From positions 64,001 through 128,000 of the forward strand of contig JAZKFH010000009.1 in the NCBI GenBank assembly GCA_040386535.1: DNA of 64,000 bases. The letters run 5' to 3'. Below the pieces are notes generated by a model, which searched no databases, was not told the DNA's origin, and worked only from the letters and a program-made list of their open reading frames with translations. The DNA comes from Myxococcota bacterium. Its GTDB lineage: Bacteria; Myxococcota_A; UBA796; SXON01. A program made the translations under genes and the position numbers. Positions 56,044 through 64,000 of the stretch are shown piece after piece (positions within the stretch are counted from its first letter, which is position 1; each line of letters opens with the position of its first letter).

Positions 56044-56840
56044 GCACCGGGGGGCGAGGCCGCGCGGGCATCCTCGCCGTCGGGCTGGTGACCCCCATCG
56101 GGGACGAGCTTCTGGCGGTGCTCGGGCGGGTGCGCGCCGGCGAGACCGCCGTGCGGCCCGTGACGCACCTGGCCGATCTGCCCGACGGGCGCGCGGCCCT
56201 GGTCGAGGGGCCCTCCCTGGTGGGGTGGCTCAAGCGCAAAAAAGACGCGCGGCTGTTGCCCCGGGCCGCGGAGCTCGCGTTGCCGGCGGCCGGGCGGGCG
56301 CTCCTCGGGTTCATGGGAGACCCCGAGGAGCTCGGCTTGTGCGTGGCGGTGGGGCGGGAGCCGCCGGACGAGGGCGAGGCCGAGGCCTCGCTCGCGGCGA
56401 TGGAGCGGGACGGCGCGCTCGATCGCGAGCGGCTCGGCGGCCCCGGGCGGGCGCTGTACCCGCCGCTGCTCCCGCTGCGCACCCTTCCGAACATGGTGCT
56501 CGCGCACGTGGCGATCCAGCACGGCATCCGCGGCGAGAACGGCACATGGGCGGGCGGCGCCGAGGCCGGCGCCCAGGCGCTGCGTGCGGGGCTTCGCCTC
56601 GTGGAAGAGGGGCGGGCCCCCTTCTGCCTCGTCGGCGCGGCCTCCTCCGCGGTCGACCTCGCGAGCGCGCGCGATCGCCTGCGGCTCGGGTACGCGGGGC
56701 CCCCCGGCGAGGCCGCCATCTTCGTGCTCATCGGCCCAGGCGGGGCCGCCGTGCGCGAGGATCCCACGCTCCTGGCCGCGATGCGCGCCGCCATCGGCGA
56801 CTGCGGGCCGGTCGAGGGGTTGTACGGGGTGTTGGGGTAG
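56040..56840 (+). CDS. Truncated KS-like protein lacking the catalytic Cys (chain-length-factor-like) 1
   Basis: GTGA overlap. LPNMVLAHVAIQHGIRGENGTWAGGAEAG, with Ala at the catalytic-Cys position; GEAA; 266 aa. Confidence 0.75.
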   Translation: MSTGGRGRAGILAVGLVTPIGDELLAVLGRVRAGETAVRPVTHLADLPDGRAALVEGPSLVGWLKRKKDARLLPRAAELALPAAGRALLGFMGDPEELGLCVAVGREPPDEGEAEASLAAMERDGALDRERLGGPGRALYPPLLPLRTLPNMVLAHVAIQHGIRGENGTWAGGAEAGAQALRAGLRLVEEGRAPFCLVGAASSAVDLASARDRLRLGYAGPPGEAAIFVLIGPGGAAVREDPTLLAAMRAAIGDCGPVEGLYGVLG

Positions 56841-56913
56841 GGTCTGGCGGCTGGCTTTGAGGCCGGTCGGGCGTTGAGCGACGTGGTAGGCTCTCGGCCG
56901 CTCTGGAGCGTCT

Positions 56914-59439
56914 TTGGCCAGCCGCGAGTCGTCCCGCCGCTTTCACTTCATCAAGGAGATTGCCTCCGGTGGATTCGGGAGCGTGTACCTGGCGAAGGTG
57001 ATGCACGCGGATGGGTTCTCCCGTCTGGCGGCCATCAAGCTCCTGCACCAGCGCTGGAGCGAGAACATCGAGATCGCCCAACGCATGCGCGACGAGGCGC
57101 GGCTCCTGGGCTGGCTTCGGCACCGCAACATCGTCGACGTCATCGACCTGACCACGATCGGCGGCCGCGTCGCCGTGATCATGGAGTACCTCGAGGCCAT
57201 CGACTTCAAGGGTGCGATCAACCAGACGATCGAGGCCAACGAGACGATGCCGCCGCGCGTGGCGCTCGAGGCCACCGCCTTCGTGGCGAGCGCGCTCGAC
57301 GCCGCGTACAACCGGCCGCCCTACCAGGGCGAGAAGCCGCTCCGGGTCATCCACCGCGACATCAAGCCGTCGAACATCATGGTCGACGAGTCGGGCACCG
57401 TGAAGGTGCTCGACTTCGGCGTGGCGCGCGCGGACTTCGACTCGCGCGAGAGCCACACCCAGGAGCTCCAGTTCGGCTCGGTCGACTACATGCCGCCGGA
57501 GCGCCTGTTCTTCGAGCCGGAGACCCCGTTTTCCGACGTGTACTCCCTCGGCGCCACGCTCTACGAGCTCCTGGCCCTCGAGAAGCTCGGCAAGGCCAAG
57601 GGGCGCCCCGAGAAACACGCGGCCTTCGTGGCCGAGCGCCTCGAGTTCCTGCGCACGCGCTGCGACCTGCCCGGTATCAGCGGCGACGCCGTCATCGAGC
57701 TCATCGGGCAGATGTGCGCGTACGGACACGAGCAGCGCCCCTCCGCGGCGGACTGCGTGCAACGGTGCCGTGCGCTCGCGCGCGGGTTCGAGGGCGAAGG
57801 GCTCGGCGAGTGGGCCGAGCGCGTCCTTCCGCCGCTCCTCAAGGCGAGCCGCGAGGAGCCGCGCGAGCCGAACCCGCTGACCGACTCGATCCTCACCGAG
57901 GACAGCGCCTCCTTCAAGGCGGACGACACGTACGTCGAGTCCGCGGAGGAGGCCGGCGTGGTGCTGCGCGCCGAGGATCCGGTGCCCGCCGTGATCCCGA
58001 TGACGGACGAGCGCTGGGAGCTGCTGCGCAGGGCCGCCCTCTCCGAGATCCAGGCGCGTGACGCGGACGCCGACGCCACGTACACGGGCCGCCCGGACGA
58101 CGACATCGAGGTGATCGACGAGATGGTGGACGCTTCGGCGACGCCCCCGGTGGCGGTGCCCGCGCCGGTCGCGGGGCCGATCGCCCCGGTCGCGGCCGCG
58201 GCGACGGGCGCCCCCAAGCCCGCGATCGCCCCGGCGAAGGCGGCGCCGGGCAAGGCGCCGCCGGGCATCGCGGCCGTCGGCAACGCGCTCGACGCGCCGA
58301 GCGCGGCCTACCTCAAGACGCTCCGTGGCCCCGGCGCCCAGGGCGCGCCCGCGCCGGCCGCATCCCAGGGCGCGCCCGCGCCGATTCCCGCCCCGACCCC
58401 CGCGCCGATTCCCGCGCCGGCCCCCGTTGCGCGTCCCGCCGCGCAGACGGTGAGCGCGCCCGCGGCTGGCTCCTCCGCGGCAGCCGCCCTCGCGGCGCTT
58501 CGGCCTGCCCCCACCATGATCCCGGACGTCGACGAGGACTACGCGCCGACCCAGGCGTTCGTCGTGCCGCCGCGCGAGCAGCGGCCGGTGGCCCTCCCCG
58601 CGCCCATCACGGTCGCGCCCGCGCCGGTTGCGCCCGTGCCGATTGCGCCCGTGCCGGTCGCGCCTGTCGCCGTCGCGCCGACCCCGATCGCGCCCGTCGC
58701 GGTCGCGCCGCCGCCCGTCGCGCCGCCGCCGGTCGCGCCCATCTCGATCGCCCACCCCCCGCCGGCAGCCTCTGCGGACGCCACCGCGCACGGCATCCCC
58801 GCCGGCACCCGTGGCGCGGCGCCGCTCGCCTCCGATCCGGTGCGCGCGCCTCACGTCGAGGTGTCGCGGCCCGCTCCGTCTGCTCCGCGCGCCCCGGTCC
58901 TGATGCCGCAGGAGCGGCCCGCCGCGCCTCCACGCGTCGCCGTCGCGTACGACGACGATCCGCTCGACGACCCGCCGCCCGCCCGCCGGGGCTGGGTGAT
59001 CCCGGTGGTCGTGGTGCTCGTCCTCGGCGCCCTCGCGGCGCTCGTGAGCGTCGTGCTCGTGGGCGGCGCGCTCCTCCACGGCGCCGACACGCCCGCCGTC
59101 GACCCGATCCCCGCGACCGCCACGCCCATCACCGGCGCGCCCGCGGGGTCGACCACCGGGACCGCCGCCCAGAGCGCTGCCGCCACCATGGCGGGCACGC
59201 CCACGGCCGGCGGGATCACCTTCGTCTCGCGCGCGCCCGACACGGCGAAGATCACGGTCACCTGCGACGGCGTGGAGGCCGTTGGTACCGACAGCGTCGG
59301 CCTCGCGGCCACCACGGCGACCTCGTGCGCCGTCAAGGTGATGCTCAAGGACCGCACGCGCCTGTTCAGCGACGTGTCCGGCGCCACGGCGGGCACGTAC
59401 ACGTGCTTCGACGGCGGCACGAAGGAGTGTGTGCGTTGA
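56914..59439 (+). CDS. Membrane-anchored Ser/Thr protein kinase
   Basis: SGGFGSV, AIK, HRDIKPSN, DFG and YMPPE; Pro/Ala-rich linker, TM helix and small Cys-containing C-terminal domain. Confidence 0.92.
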   Translation: MASRESSRRFHFIKEIASGGFGSVYLAKVMHADGFSRLAAIKLLHQRWSENIEIAQRMRDEARLLGWLRHRNIVDVIDLTTIGGRVAVIMEYLEAIDFKGAINQTIEANETMPPRVALEATAFVASALDAAYNRPPYQGEKPLRVIHRDIKPSNIMVDESGTVKVLDFGVARADFDSRESHTQELQFGSVDYMPPERLFFEPETPFSDVYSLGATLYELLALEKLGKAKGRPEKHAAFVAERLEFLRTRCDLPGISGDAVIELIGQMCAYGHEQRPSAADCVQRCRALARGFEGEGLGEWAERVLPPLLKASREEPREPNPLTDSILTEDSASFKADDTYVESAEEAGVVLRAEDPVPAVIPMTDERWELLRRAALSEIQARDADADATYTGRPDDDIEVIDEMVDASATPPVAVPAPVAGPIAPVAAAATGAPKPAIAPAKAAPGKAPPGIAAVGNALDAPSAAYLKTLRGPGAQGAPAPAASQGAPAPIPAPTPAPIPAPAPVARPAAQTVSAPAAGSSAAAALAALRPAPTMIPDVDEDYAPTQAFVVPPREQRPVALPAPITVAPAPVAPVPIAPVPVAPVAVAPTPIAPVAVAPPPVAPPPVAPISIAHPPPAASADATAHGIPAGTRGAAPLASDPVRAPHVEVSRPAPSAPRAPVLMPQERPAAPPRVAVAYDDDPLDDPPPARRGWVIPVVVVLVLGALAALVSVVLVGGALLHGADTPAVDPIPATATPITGAPAGSTTGTAAQSAAATMAGTPTAGGITFVSRAPDTAKITVTCDGVEAVGTDSVGLAATTATSCAVKVMLKDRTRLFSDVSGATAGTYTCFDGGTKECVR

Positions 59440-59457
59440 GCCCGCGCGCCGCGTTCC

Positions 59458-60627
59458 ATGCGTAGCGTCGTCATCACCGCCGTGGGCCTGCGCTGCGCCG
59501 CGGGCTCCGTCCTGGCGCTGCCGGACCGCTCGTGGGGCCGCCCCGATCCCGACGCGGAGGCGCTCGGCGTGCCGCTCGTGGCGCGCGTCGAGGGCGTGCC
59601 GGACCACCCGGACTTCCCGGACGATCGCAAGGGTGCGCTCGCGTGGGCGGCCGCCGCCGACGCGATGGCCGGCGTGGCCGCCGGGGGCCGCCGTGGCGTG
59701 TGGCTCGGCACCGGGCTCTCCAGCCTCACGCCCGACGAGCTGGTGCGTGACCTGTACCCGCATCTGCGCGACGGGCGCTTCGATCGCGCCTCGCTCGCGC
59801 GGGACCTCGACGCCGACCACCCCGCGCCCCGGCGGCACCTGCCCGAGCGGGTCACGCAGGTGATCGCGCGGGCGTACGGCGCGTCCATTGCGGAGACGAG
59901 CTTCTCCGCGTGCGCGGCGGCCGCGATGTCCCTGGCCGAGGCGGCCCGCGCCGTGGCGCGCGACGAGGTCGACATCGCCCTCGCCGGCGGACACGACGCG
60001 ATGATCCACCCCATCGGCCTGCTCTCGTTCGTGGTGCTCGGCGCGCTCTCGACCACGGTGTCGCGCCCGTTCGATCGGCGGCGCGACGGCTTCCTCATCG
60101 GCGAGGGCGCGGCGGTGTTCCGCCTCGAGGCCGAGGACGACGCCCGCGCCCGCGGCGCCCCGATCCTCGCGCGCTGGCTCGGGGCCGGCACGAGCGTGGA
60201 CGCGCACAACGTGACCGCCCCCCATCCCGAAGGCCACGGCGCCGCCCTCGCGATGGCGCGCGCGCTCCGCGACGCGGGCCTCTCCCCGGCGGACATCGAC
60301 TACGTGAACGCCCACGGCACCGGCACCCCCGTAGGCGATCGCGCCGAGTCGCTCGCGATCCGCAAGGTCCTCGGCGACGTGCCGGTGAGCTCGTTCAAGG
60401 GCGCGGTGGGCCACACGGTCGCCGCGGCGGGCGCGGTCGAGCTCGCCTTGTGCCTCGCGAGCTTCCGCGATGGCGTGCTCCCGCGCACCGTGGGCCTCGA
60501 AGAGCCCGATCCCGACTGTCCGGCCAACGTGCTCGTCGCGGACGTGCAGAAGCGGCCGCGGGTGATCCTGTCGAATTCGTTCGGGTTCGGGGGGCAGAAT
60601 TGTGCGGTGGTGGTGGGGGCTCCGTAG
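59458..60627 (+). CDS. Beta-ketoacyl-ACP synthase (FabF-like) KS2
   Basis: FSACAAA (Cys), NAHGTGT, KGAVGH and NSFGFGG. Confidence 0.9.
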   Translation: MRSVVITAVGLRCAAGSVLALPDRSWGRPDPDAEALGVPLVARVEGVPDHPDFPDDRKGALAWAAAADAMAGVAAGGRRGVWLGTGLSSLTPDELVRDLYPHLRDGRFDRASLARDLDADHPAPRRHLPERVTQVIARAYGASIAETSFSACAAAAMSLAEAARAVARDEVDIALAGGHDAMIHPIGLLSFVVLGALSTTVSRPFDRRRDGFLIGEGAAVFRLEAEDDARARGAPILARWLGAGTSVDAHNVTAPHPEGHGAALAMARALRDAGLSPADIDYVNAHGTGTPVGDRAESLAIRKVLGDVPVSSFKGAVGHTVAAAGAVELALCLASFRDGVLPRTVGLEEPDPDCPANVLVADVQKRPRVILSNSFGFGGQNCAVVVGAP

Positions 60628-60630
60628 TCT

Positions 60631-61119
60631 CCGGAGACGGGAAACCGGAGACGGGAAACCGGAAGAGCAGGAAGGCAGGAAGGCAGGAAGGGGGGAAGCA
60701 ACTTCGGATTGTCGTTTTCCTCCCCTCCGTTCCTGCTTTCCTAATTTCCTGCCTTCCTGATTCTCCGGAATTCCGGAGCCCGGAAGAGCAGGAAGGCAGG
60801 AATAGAGGAAGGCAGGAAGGGGGAAGCAACTTCGGATTGTCGTTTTCCTCCCCTCCGTTCCTGCTTTCCTAATTTCCTGCCTTCCTGATTCTCCGGAATT
60901 CCGGAGCCCGGAAGAGCAGGAAGGCAGGAATAGAGGAAGGCAGGAAGGGGGAAGCAACTTCGGGTTTTCGTTTTCGTCCCCTCTTTTCCTGCTTTCCTAG
61001 TTTCCTGCGTTCCTGATTCTCTGGACTTCCGGAGCCCGGAAGAGCAGGAAGGCAGGAGTAAAGGAAGGCAGGAAGGGGAGAGGAGCTTCGCAGGAAACAG
61101 GGCTGGAAAGGTCGGAAGG
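60631..61119. repeat. Tandem array of about 128-bp palindromic (REPIN-like) units
   Basis: Units start with CCGGAAGAGCAGGAAGGCAGGA at 60659, 60780, 60908 and 61036 (last one is a half unit). Each full unit has a complementary TTCCTGC.TTCCTG arm. Preceded by (CCGGAGACGGGAAA)x2. Confidence 0.95.
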
Positions 61120-61181
61120 GCGGAGGCTTCCGGGGCGGGGAATTCGACGCGCGCGCCCGCGCCCGCGCCAGGGGGCCGGAG

Positions 61182-61284
61182 GGCGGCCGCGCTTCGCGGC
61201 CGGTTCCGCCCGCTTCGGGCGAACCGAGCCGACAGGCGAGCCCGGAGGCACCCGACGGCGGCTCGGCCGCCGGGGCGCCGCCCG
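61182..61284. other. Structured multi-hairpin element, copy 2
   Basis: Homologous to 44399-44528 with a compensatory base-pair change. Confidence 0.7.
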
Positions 61285-61314
61285 CGTGACGCCGCATGCA
61301 TTCAGGACGGCAAG

Positions 61315-61342
61315 TTGTGCGCGCCGCCGCCGCCTGTACAAT
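61315..61342 (+). promoter_or_regulatory. Candidate sigma70 promoter of fabD
   Basis: TTGTGC-16 nt-TACAAT, followed by a GAGGAG RBS and ATG 61363. Confidence 0.45.
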
Positions 61343-61362
61343 CCCGGCCCTTCGAGGAGCCC

Positions 61363-62253
61363 ATGCGCGTCGCTTTCGTCTTTCCCGGCCAGGGGAGCCA
61401 GTCCGTCGGGATGGACGCCGGGCTCGACCCCGCCACGTTCGAGGAGGCGGACGACGCCCTCGGGTACGCGCTCTCCGCCATCGTGCGCGAGGGGCCCGTG
61501 GAGCGGCTCGCCCAGACCGAGATCACCCAGCCCGCGCTTCTCACGACCTCGATCGCGATGGCCCGCGCCCTCGGCCGCGCGCGGCCCGACCTGGTGCCCG
61601 CGTTCGCCGCCGGCCACTCCCTCGGCGAGTACGGCGCGCTCGTGGTCGCCGGGGTGCTCGACTTCGCGGACGCCGTGCGGCTCGTGCGGCTGCGCGGGCG
61701 CGCCATGCAGGACGCCGTGCCGCTCGGCGTCGGCACGATGGCCGCGATCATGGGCCTGGACACGGAGGAGGTGCGCGCGTTGTGCGAGGCGCACGCCGAG
61801 GGCGAGATCGTGGAGCTCGCGGGGCACAACTGCCCCGGGCAGACCGTCATCGCCGGGCATGTCGGCGCGGTGGACCGGGTGTGCGAGGCCGTCGGCTCGG
61901 GCGCCCGCCGGCTGACCGTGAGCGCGCCGTTCCACTGCTCGCTGCTCCAGCCCGCCGCCGACGCGCTCGCCGCCGCCCTCGCGGACGTGACGCTCCACCC
62001 GCCGCGTTTTCCCGTCGTCCAGAACGCCTACGCCGACGTCGCCGACACGGTCGACGGCATCCGCGCCCGGCTCGTCGCCCAGGTGGTCAGGCCGGTGCGG
62101 TGGGTGGAGTGTGTGCACCACATGAAGGCGCTCGGCGCCGAGCGGTGCATCGAGGTGGGGCCGGGCAAGACGCTCGCCGGGCTCGGCAAACGCATCGATC
62201 GATCGTTCCCCGTCGTCGCCTATGCCGACGCGCTTCAAGGAGGTGCCGTTTGA
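61363..62253 (+). CDS. fabD: Malonyl-CoA:ACP transacylase
   Basis: FPGQGSQ, TQPAL, GHSLGE, SAPFHC and EVGPGK. Confidence 0.95.
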   Translation: MRVAFVFPGQGSQSVGMDAGLDPATFEEADDALGYALSAIVREGPVERLAQTEITQPALLTTSIAMARALGRARPDLVPAFAAGHSLGEYGALVVAGVLDFADAVRLVRLRGRAMQDAVPLGVGTMAAIMGLDTEEVRALCEAHAEGEIVELAGHNCPGQTVIAGHVGAVDRVCEAVGSGARRLTVSAPFHCSLLQPAADALAAALADVTLHPPRFPVVQNAYADVADTVDGIRARLVAQVVRPVRWVECVHHMKALGAERCIEVGPGKTLAGLGKRIDRSFPVVAYADALQGGAV

Positions 62254-63026
62254 GGCCTGTCTCGCTCGTCGCCGCCTCGCTCTTCTGCCCCGCGGGCATC
62301 GGTTTTGCGGGCACCGGCGCCGGCGATCCCGGCCCGGTCCCTGGCTTTGCGCCCCACGTGCACGGCGTGCCGCGCAAGCACCTCAAGACGATGACACGCG
62401 CGGTGCAGCTCGGCTGCGCGGCCGTGTACGCGGCGCTCGAGGACTGGCCCACGTGGCGGGCGGTCCCCGCGGATCGGCGCGGGCTCTACGTCGGCGCGTC
62501 TCCCCAGCAGGGCGACGCCGAGGACATCGAGCCCGCGCTCGCCGCGGCCGGCACCCCGTTCACGCTCGGCGGCTTTGCCGAGCGCGGCGTGCCCCTCATC
62601 CCGCCGCTGTGGCTGGTGAAGGGCCTGTCCAACAACATCCTCGGGTACGCCTCGGCGCAGTTCGATTTCCAGGGCGACAACGGCAACTGGTGCGACGGCC
62701 GGCTCGGCGGGTCGATCGCCCTGACCAACGCGGTGCACGCGGTGGCCGAGGGGCGCGTGGATCTGGCGGTGGCGGGCGGGGCGGACGCGCTGGTGGGCGC
62801 GGAAGCTCTGCTCGGCGCGCCGTGTGGCGAAGGGGCCGCGTTCCTCGTGCTGGTGGCCGGAGAGGTCGGCAAGACGCGCGTCGCCGCGGCGCTCCCCTCG
62901 GTCGACGGGGCGGAGTCGAACCTCGGTGAGCTCGGCGCCGCCGCGGTTCCCGTTGCCCTCGCGCGCCAATGGCTCGCGGGGCTGCTCGACGTGCGGGGCG
63001 GCGGAATCCACCTGTTTCGGCCCTAA
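62250..63026 (+). CDS. Truncated KS-like protein lacking the catalytic Cys (chain-length-factor-like) 2
   Basis: TTGA overlap. PLWLVKGLSNN...GDNGNWCDGRLGG (Arg aligns to the catalytic Cys), AGGAD and GEGAAFLVL; 258 aa. Confidence 0.75.
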   Translation: MRPVSLVAASLFCPAGIGFAGTGAGDPGPVPGFAPHVHGVPRKHLKTMTRAVQLGCAAVYAALEDWPTWRAVPADRRGLYVGASPQQGDAEDIEPALAAAGTPFTLGGFAERGVPLIPPLWLVKGLSNNILGYASAQFDFQGDNGNWCDGRLGGSIALTNAVHAVAEGRVDLAVAGGADALVGAEALLGAPCGEGAAFLVLVAGEVGKTRVAAALPSVDGAESNLGELGAAAVPVALARQWLAGLLDVRGGGIHLFRP

Positions 63027-63097
63027 TCTCTCAGGCTCGTCAGGGGATTGTTCGAAAGGGTGACATGGGCGCGCGTTCGTTCTAGAATCCGCGCCCC

Positions 63098-63541
63098 TTG
63101 GAGCCGACGTTGTCTTCTCTCCCCCCTGGTGCGCTGGCCTCCGGCGTCGACGAAGCCCTCTTCGAGAAAGTGCGCTCCTGCATCGCGGAGGCCCTGGGGC
63201 TCGACGCGGAGGAGGTGAGCTACAGCTCCCGCCTCATCGGGGACCTCGGCGCCGAGTCGCTCGACTTCCTCGACATCGCGTTCCGGCTCGAGCGCGCGTT
63301 CGACGTGCGCATCCCCCGCGGCGGGATCGAGGCCACCAGCAAGGAGGGGCTCGCCGAGGGCGAGAGCTACGAGATCAACGGCGTGCTCACGCCCGTGGCG
63401 CTCGAGCGCCTCGCGGCCCACATGCCCGAGGTGCCGCGCGAGGAGTTCCGCCCCGGCCTCAAGGTGTCCGAGGTGTCCTCGCTCATGCGCGTCGGGACCT
63501 TCTGCAACGTCGTCGCGGGCCTGCGCGCAGCGAAGGCCTGA
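63098..63541 (+). CDS. Long-type acyl carrier protein
   Basis: LIGDLGAESLDFLDIAFRLERAF carries the phosphopantetheine Ser; long insertion after helix II. Start uncertain. Confidence 0.88.
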   Translation: MEPTLSSLPPGALASGVDEALFEKVRSCIAEALGLDAEEVSYSSRLIGDLGAESLDFLDIAFRLERAFDVRIPRGGIEATSKEGLAEGESYEINGVLTPVALERLAAHMPEVPREEFRPGLKVSEVSSLMRVGTFCNVVAGLRAAKA

Positions 63542-63549
63542 TCGACCTC

Positions 63550-64000
63550 GTGGCCGGCTCTCCGCGCCCCGGGTTCGTGTTCCTCGTGCACCCGCTGGTC
63601 CCGGCCGCGCGGCGGCTCGCGGCGCTCCGCACAGGGCGCCTGCGGCTGCTGACCACGGATCGGCCCACGATCGACGACGTGGCGGTGATCTGCCGGCTCG
63701 GCTTCGGGGACGTGGAGGGCGTGGTGGTGGGCGTGCCGCTGCTGCCGGACGAGCTGCTCGCCGACCAGGCGCGGGCGCTCGCGTGGATGGAGCGGGGCGT
63801 CCAGATCGCCGCGCCGGTCGGGCATGTGGGGCTCGGGAGCGTGCTCGCCGTGGTGGCGGGCCGCGGCACCGCGCTGGCCGAGGCGTGCGGGCTGCCGGTG
63901 ACGACGGGGAACGCCGCGACGGCGTGGGCGGCCACCACGGTCACGCGCCAGGTGGCAGCGGGGCGGCCGGTCGCCGTGTTGGGGGGCCGGGGCGCGGTGG
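63550..64000 (+). CDS. Acyl-ACP reductase-like / COG5322 dehydrogenase (partial, runs off the right edge)
   Basis: Not in the ORF track. My translation: ...GFVFLVHPL...VPLLPDELL...GLGS...PVTTGNAAT...VAVLGGRGAV, matching the FxxHP / GLG / TTGN / Rossmann layout. Confidence 0.7.
   Translation, partial: MAGSPRPGFVFLVHPLVPAARRLAALRTGRLRLLTTDRPTIDDVAVICRLGFGDVEGVVVGVPLLPDELLADQARALAWMERGVQIAAPVGHVGLGSVLAVVAGRGTALAEACGLPVTTGNAATAWAATTVTRQVAAGRPVAVLGGRGAV

Noticed and set aside
60659..61080. CRISPR interpretation of the 128-bp array
   Set aside because: The inter-arm segments are identical or near-identical between units rather than unique spacers, the unit is too long, and no cas genes are present.
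56728..61301. Minus-strand ORFs starting in the 60.6-61.1-kb repeats (for example 56728..60957)
   Set aside because: They begin in repeat-derived LPSCLP sequence and continue antisense to real genes.
1..64000. tRNA, rRNA, transposase, integrase or canonical parS
   Set aside because: None recognised by eye; tRNAscan-SE, Infernal and ISEScan would be needed to exclude them formally.

Overview
A very GC-rich (roughly 70-75% by eye), gene-dense bacterial chromosomal segment, most consistent with a Myxococcota-like organism. Support for that: an M. xanthus-type LexA box, three Ser/Thr-kinase-family genes and a CglD-like lipoprotein. Left to right it carries: a DUF1450-DUF423-NfeD-flotillin operon; an SOS-boxed imuA followed by one ORF fusing ImuB to DnaE2; a 2660-aa polymorphic-toxin-like protein ending in a calpain-type protease, with small downstream genes; glk, an M16 peptidase pair, a kinase-ATPase-TPR protein, mtnA, engB, rlmE, pepA and several lipoproteins; a GH3-GT2-DUF2079 operon; and a type II FAS/PKS-like cluster running off the right edge (FabZ, two KS, two Cys-less KS-like partners, FabD, a long ACP and an acyl-ACP-reductase-like gene). 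The strongest non-gene signals are two. First, two copies of a composite intergenic element: a CAGGAAGG array, then AGGTCGGAAGG, then a multi-hairpin motif with a compensatory base-pair change (43.8-44.5 kb and 60.6-61.3 kb). Second, a cluster of GATACATC/GATGTATC sites, mostly inside coding sequence, at 21.7-26.2 kb. No rRNA, tRNA, CRISPR array or transposase was recognised. All calls come from reading motifs by eye; no database searches were run.
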